Assembly: GCA_964016885.1 (NCBI GenBank)
Contig: OZ024741.1
Span: 401,512,001-401,576,000, forward strand
Length of the DNA stretch: 64,000 bases
Direction: 5' to 3'
Source: Eledone cirrhosa
Lineage: Eukaryota
A model generated the notes under the pieces. It worked only from the letters and a program-made list of their open reading frames with translations. It searched no databases and was not told where the DNA came from. Within the stretch, counting starts at the first letter, position 1, and the number at the start of each line of letters is the position of its first letter. Of this stretch, positions 40,301-52,300 are shown piece by piece. Both the position numbers and the translations under genes were made by a program.

Positions 40301-43300
40301 GACTCATTATTTTAAATATATTTTTACTTTATTATCAGTTTTTAATCTTTAACACTAAATAATAGTTAGTTATATATTTATATATCTATATCTAGGGCGG
40401 GTAAAATTCCTGAGATCCATGGACCAGTCCTCTACAGCGGTTTCTGTCCCCCATTATTGCTACCATGTTCTGTATCTCCAAGAGACCAGTGTCTGTCCTT
40501 AGGGCATCATCATATGTCAACCTTGATCTTCCTCTTCCAGTGTGTCCATGCACGGTCTCGCACAGGAGCACTGAGTGCAGTGTCAACTCTGGATGTCGGT
40601 GAGCATATCCAGTCAACCTCAGTGCTACTTTATTATTTACTCTTTATCATTAACATTGATATAAAAAATAATAAAATCGTATATAATTATTTTAAATTTT
40701 TTACCCAATTATTTTTAAAGAAGGTCCTCAATTTTCATATAGCTTAGGGCCTAATCAGGTGAAAGTCCCACCCTGTATGTCAATAAGTTAATATATAATT
40801 ACATAATTCTATTATTTCTATAATTCTACCATTTCTAAAGAGTTTCATATCTTCTCTTCTGTAGAATCTTGGTGTGTATTTAATGATGGTTTAACAGATC
40901 AGACTTTAGTAAGGAACTGGGACATTACATTGTCAAGCAATGAAGAAAATAAAAATGATATTAGGCCAGGAGGAAAAGGTTGGAAACCAGCAGAAGATGA
41001 TAAGAAACCTTTTGTTACCATTTTTGTTGGGGATTCTTTGAGGTATGGTGCATCAATACATCTGGGCAAAGCTAAAGATATCAAAAGTTTTGATGTTATT
41101 CTATCTGGAGGTGAAGACAATAAGAAATATATGGTAAGTTATCTGAAATTGTGACTATCTTTATTTTCTCAGCTCTGTACGGTGGCTATGGTGAAAGAAG
41201 TTTTATGGTGGACGAGGTTGAGAGGACTGAGGACAGATGCCTTTCTCTCCGGACAACAATTGATTCCCTTCTTTAAGTATCACTTTAGAAGGAGAATCAG
41301 GGTGGAGAGAGAGGCACTGCACCCCAGTAAATTTACTGAAAGGTGGGTGAATGAAGCGAAAATGGCCCGAGTGATTGGACCTTCTCTGTTTATAAGCCTG
41401 TAGGTTGAGGAAGAGAGCAAAAGGAAGAAAGGAGCACTTGCACAACACGCTCCTGGAGTTGAGGGTTGTTCTATCGACGGGGTATTAAACAACCCATTTG
41501 TGGCGTCTCCCCCCTATTGGGGATTTCGATTATTGAAATTGTTTGTTTTTATATTTTTTTACACGACTGTATGTAAAATCCCCGGCATGTCTTTGTATTG
41601 TCCCCTTTTCTTGTTGCGCCCTTGTGGCTAATAAAGAAATCTATCTTTATTTTCTCAGCAAATATATGATTTTAATAAATTTTCTCATATATCATCATCA
41701 TCATCATTTTACGTCAGTTTTTCCACACTTGCGTAGTTTGGACAGGTATTTTCAGTACAGTATCTCTCCATTAGTTGCATTTCTGTCACCTCTTCCGTGA
41801 GCTTTATTGATCTGAGATCACACTTGGTTAAGTTTGTGACATTATTATTTAAATTAACTCAGCTGACTATATTAATTATGTATATTTAACTATCATTTAA
41901 TAAATTAAAACATGGTCATGAATATTGGGTAATGACCAAAAGAATATGATTGAAAATATAAGAGGACAAAATGGCCCTCTTTTGAGGAGTTATTGGTGTA
42001 ATGTTACTCAATAGATGAGTGCTTCTGACAGGACCCACTGGAAAGCCTGCTTGAGGAGTCTGCCCACATGACACTCCAAGAAGTGGGTGGGCAAAGAAGA
42101 AAAAGAAAAAAACATGCTTTATTTGTTTCTGTTGTTTAATTTATTTAAAGAAGGAAATATTGATAATTATAATAGAGATAAGTTTAAGTTATTCATGAAA
42201 TATAATAATAGTTTCATATTTTTATATCTCTACCAGGACAACTTAAAAGACAGTGTTGTTAACATTCCATTTGGTACGTCATCAACAATTGTAAAGATTT
42301 CTTTCAAAGGTGTCTCAGCACATTGTGATATAACTGTCACAGTTTCTATAAATGGATGTTTTGAATCACAGAGTAAGTATTTCAATGAGTATTTCTCATC
42401 CTTGTTAACTTCATTTCTTGTAAGTAGCCATAGACCTACTAATGGAACATATCAAATCTTCCAAATGTAGCAGTTACAGTTCAAATTACTTTCTTTAGCA
42501 TCTACATTACTCTATATTTACTGTTATATTTTCACAGCAAAGACTGTACTTCACATAATTATCTCACATAAAATAGAATCTATGAGATTTTGATATTATA
42601 TATTGTGAGATCAATACCTTAACATGAGTATGAGTGGCCAGTTATAGCCAATTTGGACATAAAGAGGTGAGAGATTTCTGGCCGGATATGGGCAATTTAA
42701 ATGCTAAAGGGTTAATTTCTTGTGTGCTTGCAATCTTTCCATTTGAAATTTCAAATTCTTGCTATAACTAAACAATAAACCAGATAATTTTGGAAGTATA
42801 TCAATGATTTTCTGTAAATGTGGTTTCAATTCTTCCATTTAATATAACCCTCATTATCGTAACTTCTCTCTTTTTCTCTCACAGCAACAACTCCAGCACT
42901 AACAACAACAATGTTACCAACTACCACAGCTCTCCCAACAAGTATGTATAAACAATTATTATTCAATAAAGGGTGGTGGGTTGGCAGTAATTGATAGAGG
43001 GTTTTATCCTTGCAAGGTTCAATAAAATAAAATACCAGTAACGAGCTGGAGTGAATTTAATCAATTTTCCCCTCCTCCAAAATTATTATTATTTTCATAC
43101 CTTTGATGACATCAAATTTTGGGGTAAAAATTGCATCTTACACAATTAAAAAATACAATACTCTTTAAAGAAACATTTTGATTTTGATTTTGATTAAATG
43201 TTATATTTTTTTTCTTATTTTTTGTATTAAATTGCTATATTTTCCATACATCTTTACTATGTTTTTGTTGTCTTTGCATGAATAACAGGTTACTGAAAAA

Positions 43301-46300
43301 TTTAAATTAGAAACCATTATTCAATATATATTAAAGTCATTAAATATTGTTTAATAAACTTTATAGGAAATGTAATAGGTTCAGATAGAGAAAAATAGCT
43401 GTAAATACAGTCGGTTGCTATAAATAGCTCAGAAAATTTAAACTGTAAAATGTAGGAAGTTTCTAAGCTCAATGGCTAGAGCACTCAGTTGGTATCTGAG
43501 ATATATAAGGTCCAATTTCTCGTAGCGTCTGCTGGCAACGTTTTTCCTATGTATAGGTTGTCTTTCCCCAACTTTCTAAGCTATTTATAGCAAACAACTT
43601 TATTTAAACTTATTTATTTGCATCTGAACATACTTTGTTTTCTATAAACTTAATAATCTCTCAGTACTTTGAATGTTCAAAGTTTTCATACAATAGTTTT
43701 ATATATTTTATATATGATTAAGATGTACAAGATATATTAGAAAAGAATAATTATATATTTGCTCACAATGATATAATATGTAATTTTCGTTTCTTTTATT
43801 TTATTTCAGCCACAATTATTCCAACAACAACACCACAACCAACAACACAAACAGGTAACATATTTCTGATTAATAAAATTATCTGACATGTAGGAAATCA
43901 TGATAATAATCATGAAAATATTATTTTTCTATTGTATTTTACTTCTATTATTTTGTAGAATCATGGTGTGTAGCTAATGATGGTTTGGAAGATGTTTCAT
44001 TAATAAGATCCTGGGATATTAAATTGTCAAGCATTGATGAATATCCAGATGTTATTAGACCTGGAAACAAAGGATGGAGTCCTGCTATAGATGATAAGAA
44101 ACTTACAGTAACTATGTTTGTTGGTGACACTTTAAAATATGGTGCATCTATTCATCTCTTACGATCTAAATGTGTTGAGAAGTTTGATGTTATTCTAACT
44201 GGTGAAGAGGTTAAAGGATTTAGGGTAAGTTTCAATGAGTTTTATTCATTAGAAATGTATTATTACATTGAATACTTTATTGAAATTATTCCATTGTCAA
44301 TGTTGGTGTAGGAGTGGGAGATTAGCAGTATCGGTAGAATGTTGGATAACATGCTGTTTGGTATACAGTTATGTCCTTTTACTTAGAGTTCAAATCCCGC
44401 CAAGGTTATCTTTCCTTTTACTCCTTACAGAGTAGACAAAATAAAGTATCAGTAATGCTCTGGGGTCGATAAAGTGTCTTTCCCTTCCTCCCAAATTTGT
44501 TGGCCTTGTGTCTAAATTAGAAACCATTAATATTAGTAGTATTATCTAAATTTAGAGTTCATTAGAATGTATAATATATCTAATGCCATTTATAGTCCTT
44601 TCCTTTACTATACAGCTAAGTCTGCCATTCTTTACCCCTTCCCTTTCATTTTCCCTAATTAATTTTGTTTTTATCTTTTTTTTTTAAATATTTCCACCAT
44701 TGTAATACTTCTGCCTGTAAAATATAGTTGACATAAAATATTTATGTATAACAGATAACAAAATATTTCCACCATTGTAACATTTCTGCCTGTAAAATAT
44801 AGTTGACATAAAATGTTTATGTATAACAGATAAAAAAATATTTCCACCATTGTAACACTTCTGCCTGTAAAATATAGTTGACATAAAATGTTTATGTATA
44901 ACAGATAAACAAATATTTCCACCATTGTAACACTTCTGCCTGTAAAATATAGTTGACATAAAATGTTTATGTATAACAGATAACAAAATATTTCCACCAT
45001 TGTAACACCTCTGCCTGTAAAATATAGTTGACATAAAATGTTTATGTATAACAGATAACAAAATATTTCCACTATTGTAACACTTCTGACTGTAAAATAT
45101 AGTTGACATAAAATGTTTATGTATAACAGATAACAAAATAAAACTACTTAAATGAAAAAAAAAAAATTAATTATTATAGAAAAACATGTTACAAGGCTTT
45201 GTATATAATATTACTGTATGTTCAGAGGTAATTTGTATTGATATCCATATAACATTCTCAGGCTATAATTGAATGTATTTACAGTAAAATGATGAGAGTA
45301 GATCAGAATAGTGTAATATGATTTTCATTGATGCCAATTATCTGTGAAAATAAATTGAAATAAGTTGGGGAAATATATGTTGTGATGTCAGTTATACTGC
45401 ATCTAAAGTCTGTCTCAAGACCAGAGGCTCATCAGACCAGTGCTTATCCTGGTTTCCATGGTATAAAGCAACTGAGTGTACACTACTTCCCCCTAGACAG
45501 GATGCCAGTCCATCATAGAGTTAGGCCCACTCCCCAGTTATTGCTGGTACTCATTGTCAGCTGAGTATACTGGAGCAATGTGAAATGAAATGTTTTGTTC
45601 AAGAACACAATACACAACCCAGTCCAGGAATTGAACCCATGACATTACGATCATAAGTTCAACACCCTTACCACTAGGCCATGTACCACCCAGTCTAGGA
45701 ATCAAACCCATGATATTATGATTGAAAGTCCAACGCCCTTACCATATGGCCACACACATACACAGTTATACTACATATTATGTTGTAATGATATTTTTTA
45801 TGTAATGTTTCTTCATATATAATTTAGTGGTTCATCTTGAATAATTCTAATTAATTATACTATATTTACATAAATTTAGATATCATTTTAAGATATTTCC
45901 ATAACATAAACAGATGAGGTAATGTAAAGATTGTAGAGGCAGACGATCAGTAATTATGTGATATAATGTATTTTGGAACCATTGAATTAATATATTTTAA
46001 CTATTTGATAATTATTAGAAAACATTTTGTTTTGAAAATTATTCTGCATATTTTTCTGAAATGACCAAATCCTTACCTAATGCTGTTTTTCTTTTGTCAT
46101 TCTCGTGTGTACCTAGAATAATCCAAAAAGTGAAATTGTTAAAATACCATTTGGTACAACATCAGATACAGTAAAAATCCACTTTGTTCCTGTTTCACCC
46201 AATTGTAGACTGAGAGTTACAGTATCTTTCATAGGATGTTTTGAATCAGGCAGTAAGTAGGAATTGATTCCATTGATATAGAGTCCATGATTGAAATTGT

Positions 46301-49300
46301 ATATTTCTTTGAAATATTTAAATGTCTGCAGATTTTTAGGTCCCAAAGAATAATAATTATGAATAAAGTGGTAAGAAACTCCAGAAGAGCTGGACAGCAG
46401 AAGATCTTCAGAGAAGAAACCACCCTTAAGCGAGATTCTGGAGTTTCCCAAATTGCACTTTTGGGGTGGGGTTTTTTCTGCTTATGTGGCACTGATGCTG
46501 CACACGCTATCCATATTGAGTCCAGGATGCTCTGGAGTATAGTGTTCACATCTCCAGAGTTATAGAACTCATGCCAGTTTGGGTGCTGTAGCTCAGTACA
46601 GTACAAGTTCCAATCCGCTTTCTTCCAATCAAAGCAAGATTGGAGATGGTTCTGGTTTTTGTTGCTGCCCGCAAGAGCCAGATTGGCAATGATCATAGCA
46701 TGATGATGATAACCATGATGAATTAAGTAAAGTAATATTTAGCAACAATCATGAATTTTTTCTGAATCATTGATCAACTAATGTTTACCATGTTGGATGA
46801 GATTAGATTTGAAATTATTCTTTCATCATCCTCATATCACATGTGTTCCGTGCTGAAGGGCAGTGGATTGGCAGTAATCAGTAGAGCGTTGCAAAACATA
46901 CTTTCTGGCATATAGTTACGTCCCTTTGCATTCTGAGTTCAAATCCTGCAGAGGTTAGCTTTGCTTTTCATCCTTATGGAGTCAATAAAATAAAGTACCA
47001 GTAATGCACTGGAGTCAATTTATTCTGCTTTCACCTCCCCTCAAAATTGTTGGCCTTGTGCATAAATCAGAAATCATATGTGTTCCATGCTATCATGGGT
47101 TGAACATGTTGGCCTTCTCTGTGACAAGATGGGTAAGATAATCATGTCTTGTTCATATACTTATTAATAAAAGTAAATTTTGGAACCAGCTGTATTGTCC
47201 AGAGATGAATGTATGAGGCCAGAGTGCCATACCTTTTGCCCCTAAGTAATAGTGGTGTAGAGCGCTAGGGGACGGCAAGGCACTACAGACATCGTGGTCA
47301 TCCACTGCAGCCAAGGAAGTCCCTGGTTGTGACGGTCCTCCGTACCACCGGATTCTGGCTTCTGCGGCCGACTGAGTGGGACAGTCACTGTGCAGTGGCC
47401 CTCCCACTATAAACCTTTCCCGCACAGGTTTCTTCTTTAGTATGCACTCCCAAAGCCCTGCGGCAATGGGCGAGAGGCGGAGGTAACCTCTGGGAGTTGC
47501 CAGTCTCTAACCCGCACGTGGGCAGCCTGGATGCACAAGTTGTTGCTATCGGATCAACATAGCCACCCTCAGCGAAACCAGACTTACCTAAGAAGGATCA
47601 GTAGCAGAACCAAAAGGAGGCTACACCTTCTTCTGGAAGGGCAATGCAAAGGACGAGGACAGAATCCATGGGGTAGACCTGGCCATCAAGACTTCACTCT
47701 GCAATCTCGAAGCTATGTTACTGAAGAGCCGACTTCAATGGGTGGGACATGTCATCCGGATGGACGATCACAGGCTTCCAAAGCAACTGATGTATGGGAA
47801 ACTCTGTTTGGGGAAACGAAAGCAGGGCAGGCCTCTCAAGAGGTTCAAAGCTTCTGTAAAGTCCAGCATCAACAACACTGGAATCGCCCCAAAACAACTT
47901 GAGTCCCATGCTCAGGACATGACTGAGTGGCGAGCCCTTACCAGATGCGGCAAAGACTCTTTTGAAGAGAAGAGACGGCAGAGGTCACTGAGGCCAGTGA
48001 AAGGAGGAGAAAGGCTTCAACAGCTGCCCCAAGCGACTCCAATCTCTTCCCCTGCCCCCACTGTCCCCGGACCTGCAAGTCAAGGCTTGGCCTCCACAGC
48101 CACCTTCGTGTCCATGGCAGATGGGAACAACAATGAAGATGTCATTGTTTTCGATGGACAACCAAGAATAGGCAGATGTCTCATTTCAGACGCTACAATG
48201 ACTCTTTGCTCCTTACACACTCTGGATGCAGCCATAGCCAAATAGAATAAAATTCTAAAATACCAGGAATTATTGGAAAACTATTTTTCTTCCGCCTGTA
48301 GTGTTCAAGACACTTGGGGGATGAGAAGCTGGGTTGCTGACATTGACATACTTGTCATTGTTGGTATCTCATGTTACCAACACATGAGGTGAGGCCTGTG
48401 AGGGTACTTGGTTATTCAAGAATATTAGCATCACTAAAACACATGGCAAGAAGGAAATTCCAGCACCACTATTATAGCATGTGATTGTGTGTGAATGTTC
48501 TCTTCCATGTTTTTCTCAAATTTTTAAATTATATATCGTGTTTAATTGTATTTTTATTCATATTACAAGAAATAAAGAAAAAATTAATATCTATCCATTA
48601 CTTGAGCTTTACAAACCCCTTAACTTTTAAAATGTAAATACCACCACGTAAATGACATTCTTATAATAAAGTTTTTTTATATATGTATTTACAAAATATA
48701 CAATTTTTATGAATTCAACTAATTAAAAACCTTCAAAGACATACTTGAAATTATTTCTATATTTCGTATATTATTTGGGGTTTTCAATTTTTCCATTTAC
48801 CAAAGCCTTTATAGCAACATATTTTTATTGCTCTCATAGCAACAACCCCAACAGTACCAACAACAATGTTACCAACTACCACACTTCTCCCATCAAGTAT
48901 GTATAATCTATCATTGCTCTCTATATATACTAAAGATAATACAACTTGTATATACTTTATACATTAAGATGTAGAAAATATATTATGATATAACAAAATA
49001 TAACTATTTTCTCTCTCTCTATCATAAAATATGGAATTTTCTTCTATTATCGTTTCAGCCACAACTATTCCAACAACAACACTACAACCAACAACACAAA
49101 CAGGTAACATATTTCTGATTAATAAAATTATCTGACATGTAGGAAATCATGATAATAATCATGAAAATATTGTTTTTCTATTGTGTTTTACTTCTATTAT
49201 TTTGTAGAATCATGGTGTGTAGCTAATGATGGTTTGGAAGATGTTTCATTAATAAGATCCTGGGATATTAAATTGTCAAGCAATGATGAAAATCCAGATG

Positions 49301-52300
49301 TTATTAGACCTGGAAACAAAGGATGGAGACCTGCTATAGATGATAAGAAACTTACAGTAACTATGTTTGTTGGTGACTCTTTAAGATATGGTGCATCTAT
49401 TCATCTCTTACGAACTAAATATGTTGAGAAGTTTGATGTTATTCTCACTGGTGGAGAGGTTAAAAGATTTAAGGTGAGTTTCAATTAATTTAATTTAATA
49501 TCTCATCATAGTAAAGTTTTCATTAAAACAGTTATATGAAGTTGGATATCTTTTAAAATTATTTAATATTTTTGCTTTTAAATCATTTGATGTTTAGGAA
49601 ATCTTAGTACCTAATCTTAGAATTTAAACCAGCCATATCCGGCCAGAGTTCCCTCACCTCTTTCTGTTCAAACTGGTCATAACGAGCTGCTCATACCAAC
49701 ATTAAGGTATTTTTCTCAAAATAAATAATATCAAATTCTCATAGATTCGATATTATGTGAGATAATTAAGTGAAATAAAGCCTTTACTGTGAAAATACAA
49801 CAGTAAATACAGAGTAACGTGAATGCTAAAGGGTTAAATCTAAATATAATGTGACATTGCATTCAAACCTCACTCTCAAAAGAAATCCTTTAAACTTTTG
49901 ACAACTCGAAAATATTCCTTGATTTATGTTAGAGAACAAATGACTTCCCATCATAATTCTATGAATGGAATCTTCATATGTTTTGTTCCTAACACCAGAT
50001 TAGAAATGAGTAAATTAGTTACAATATGAAATTTAAATCACTCTACACATTTTATTATTTTCTAGATTATATAATAACAAAAGACATCTTTTATCAGAAA
50101 TATGATATTGGCTGTCTTAATCGATAGAATAATAATAAATATTGTTGTATGTGGGTTTTATCTTGACTCCAATTTATTGGTATAATTTATAGTCAAGGCA
50201 CAATATTAAGTAGAAATACTTTGTCAATTACTCCATATTTTGTTACTTTTTGCCAGCACCAAATACTAACGTTGGTGGCCTACTCAGCCTGGATGAACTT
50301 CGTGTCTTCATTGCCCTCATAGTGGGAGCCGATGTATGTATGGGTTTGAGGTGTCGTTGTTGTAAATTCCTCGACTCCACAGGCTTCCACGTTGTTTCTT
50401 GCCGCCTGAATGCCGGCCACTTCACACGTCACATGGAGCTAAACCTCATCTTCAAGAAAGCTTTGGTCCAGACAAACATCCCCTTAATTTTGGAACTGTC
50501 TGGATTGTCCAGAATTGATAGGAAAAGACTTGACGGCCTTATCCTATGCCTCTGGTCGGGAGGTAGGTGCCTTGTCTGGGATGTCACAGTTAATGACTCT
50601 TTTGCTTCTTCCCACATCCTGGATGCTGCGCTTAGGATGAGAGCCACAGTATCCACAGCCAAATGGAACAAAATCCTGAAATACTGTGATCAGTTGGCTA
50701 ACTACATCTTCCAACCTGTGGCGTTTGAGATGTTGGGGGAGTTGGACCACTGACTGAAAGATTCTTATCTTCACTGGCGGCTCGCCTAACAGAGGTAACT
50801 GTTGATGCTCATGAGGGCACTTGGTTGTTCCAGCGCATCAGCCTTGCCATCTCCCAAGGTAATTCTGAGAGCGTGCTGGCTTGCCTCAAAAATTATTAGA
50901 GGTTTCCCACTGCTCCTCGTGATAATATCATCTTTTGTTTTGGTAGCGGCTTGGTCGTCCACCCATTTCGCCTGCCTTTTGTTCTATGTGCTCCCAGATT
51001 GTGTTTTTTCTCTTTCCTTTTTGTTTTTCCTTTCGCTTTCCTTTATATTATACTTGTTTGTGATTTCGATCTGTAAGCATTAAAAGTTTTATAATAATAA
51101 TAATGAAATTATTATGTTCAGGTGCACTACAACTCATCAAAGGTGCATGTATAGTTCATAGAATAATATACAAATTTTAAGGAAGTGAATAGTGTATGAG
51201 TCATGATATACATGTGTGCGTGTATATGGAGGGGGAATATTAGGTGTAGTGTTGGTGAATCTCAGGAAGCATGGCGGTTTTAAAGGATGCAGTGTCTCGA
51301 CAGCTAACAACTGATGCAGGTAGTTTGTTCCATGTAGGTTTTAAAGGATGCAGTGTCTCGACAGCTAACAACTGATGCAGGTAGTTTGTTCCATGGAGGT
51401 TTTAAAGGATGCAGTGTCTCGACAGCTAACAACTGATGCAGGTAGTTTGTTCCATGGAGGGTTTAAAGGATGCAGTGTCTCGACAGCTAACAACTGATGC
51501 AGGTAGTTTGTTCCATGGAGGGTTTAAAGGATGCAGTGTCTCGACAGCTAATAACTGATGAAGGTAGTTTGGTAGTTTGTTCCATGGAGCTTTTAAAGGA
51601 TGCAGTGTCTCGACAGCTAACAACTGATGCAGGTAGTTTGTTCCATGGAGGTTTTAAAGGATGCAGTGTCTCGACAGCTAATAACTGATGAAGGTAGTTT
51701 GGTAGTTTGTTCCATGGAGGTTTTAAAGGATGCAGTGTCTCGACAGCTAATAACTGATGCAGGTAGTTTGTTCCATGGAGGTTTTAAAGGATGCAGTGTC
51801 TCGACAGCTAATAACTGATGAAGGTAGTTTGGTAGTTTGTTCCATGGAGGTTTTAAAGGATGCAGTGTCTCGACAGCTAATAACTGATGCAGGTAGTTTA
51901 TTCCATGGAGGTTTTAAAGGATGCAGTGTCTCGACAGCTAATAACTGATGCAGGTAGTTTGTTCCATGGAGGTTTTAATGGATGCAGTGTCTCGACAGCT
52001 AATAACTGATGAAGGTAGTTTGGTAGTTTGTTCCTTGGAGGTTTTAAAGGATGCAGTGTCTCGACAGTTAATAACTGATGAAGGTAGTTTGATAGTTTGT
52101 TCCATGGAGGTTTTAAAGGATGCAGTGTCTCGACAGCTAATAACTGATGCAGGTAGTTTGTTCCATGGAGGTTTTAAAGGATGCAGTGTCTCTACAGCTA
52201 ATAACTGATGTAGGTAGTTTGTTCCATGGAGGTTTTAAAGGATGCAGTGTCTCTACAGCTAACAACTGATGTAGGTAGTTTGTTCCATGGAGGTTTTAAA

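Larger units (their letters stand above)
23005..43854 (+). repeat. Tandem segmental array: five near-identical units (3138 bp core, extended by TE insertions)
   Basis: Exons and introns repeat at offsets of 3138, 6496 (with RTE), 3785 and 3785. Confidence 0.95.

Noticed and set aside
18032-42470. The 74-aa and 107-127-aa ORFs as standalone small genes
   Set aside because: They are internal exons read through into introns; homology stops at AG/GT boundaries
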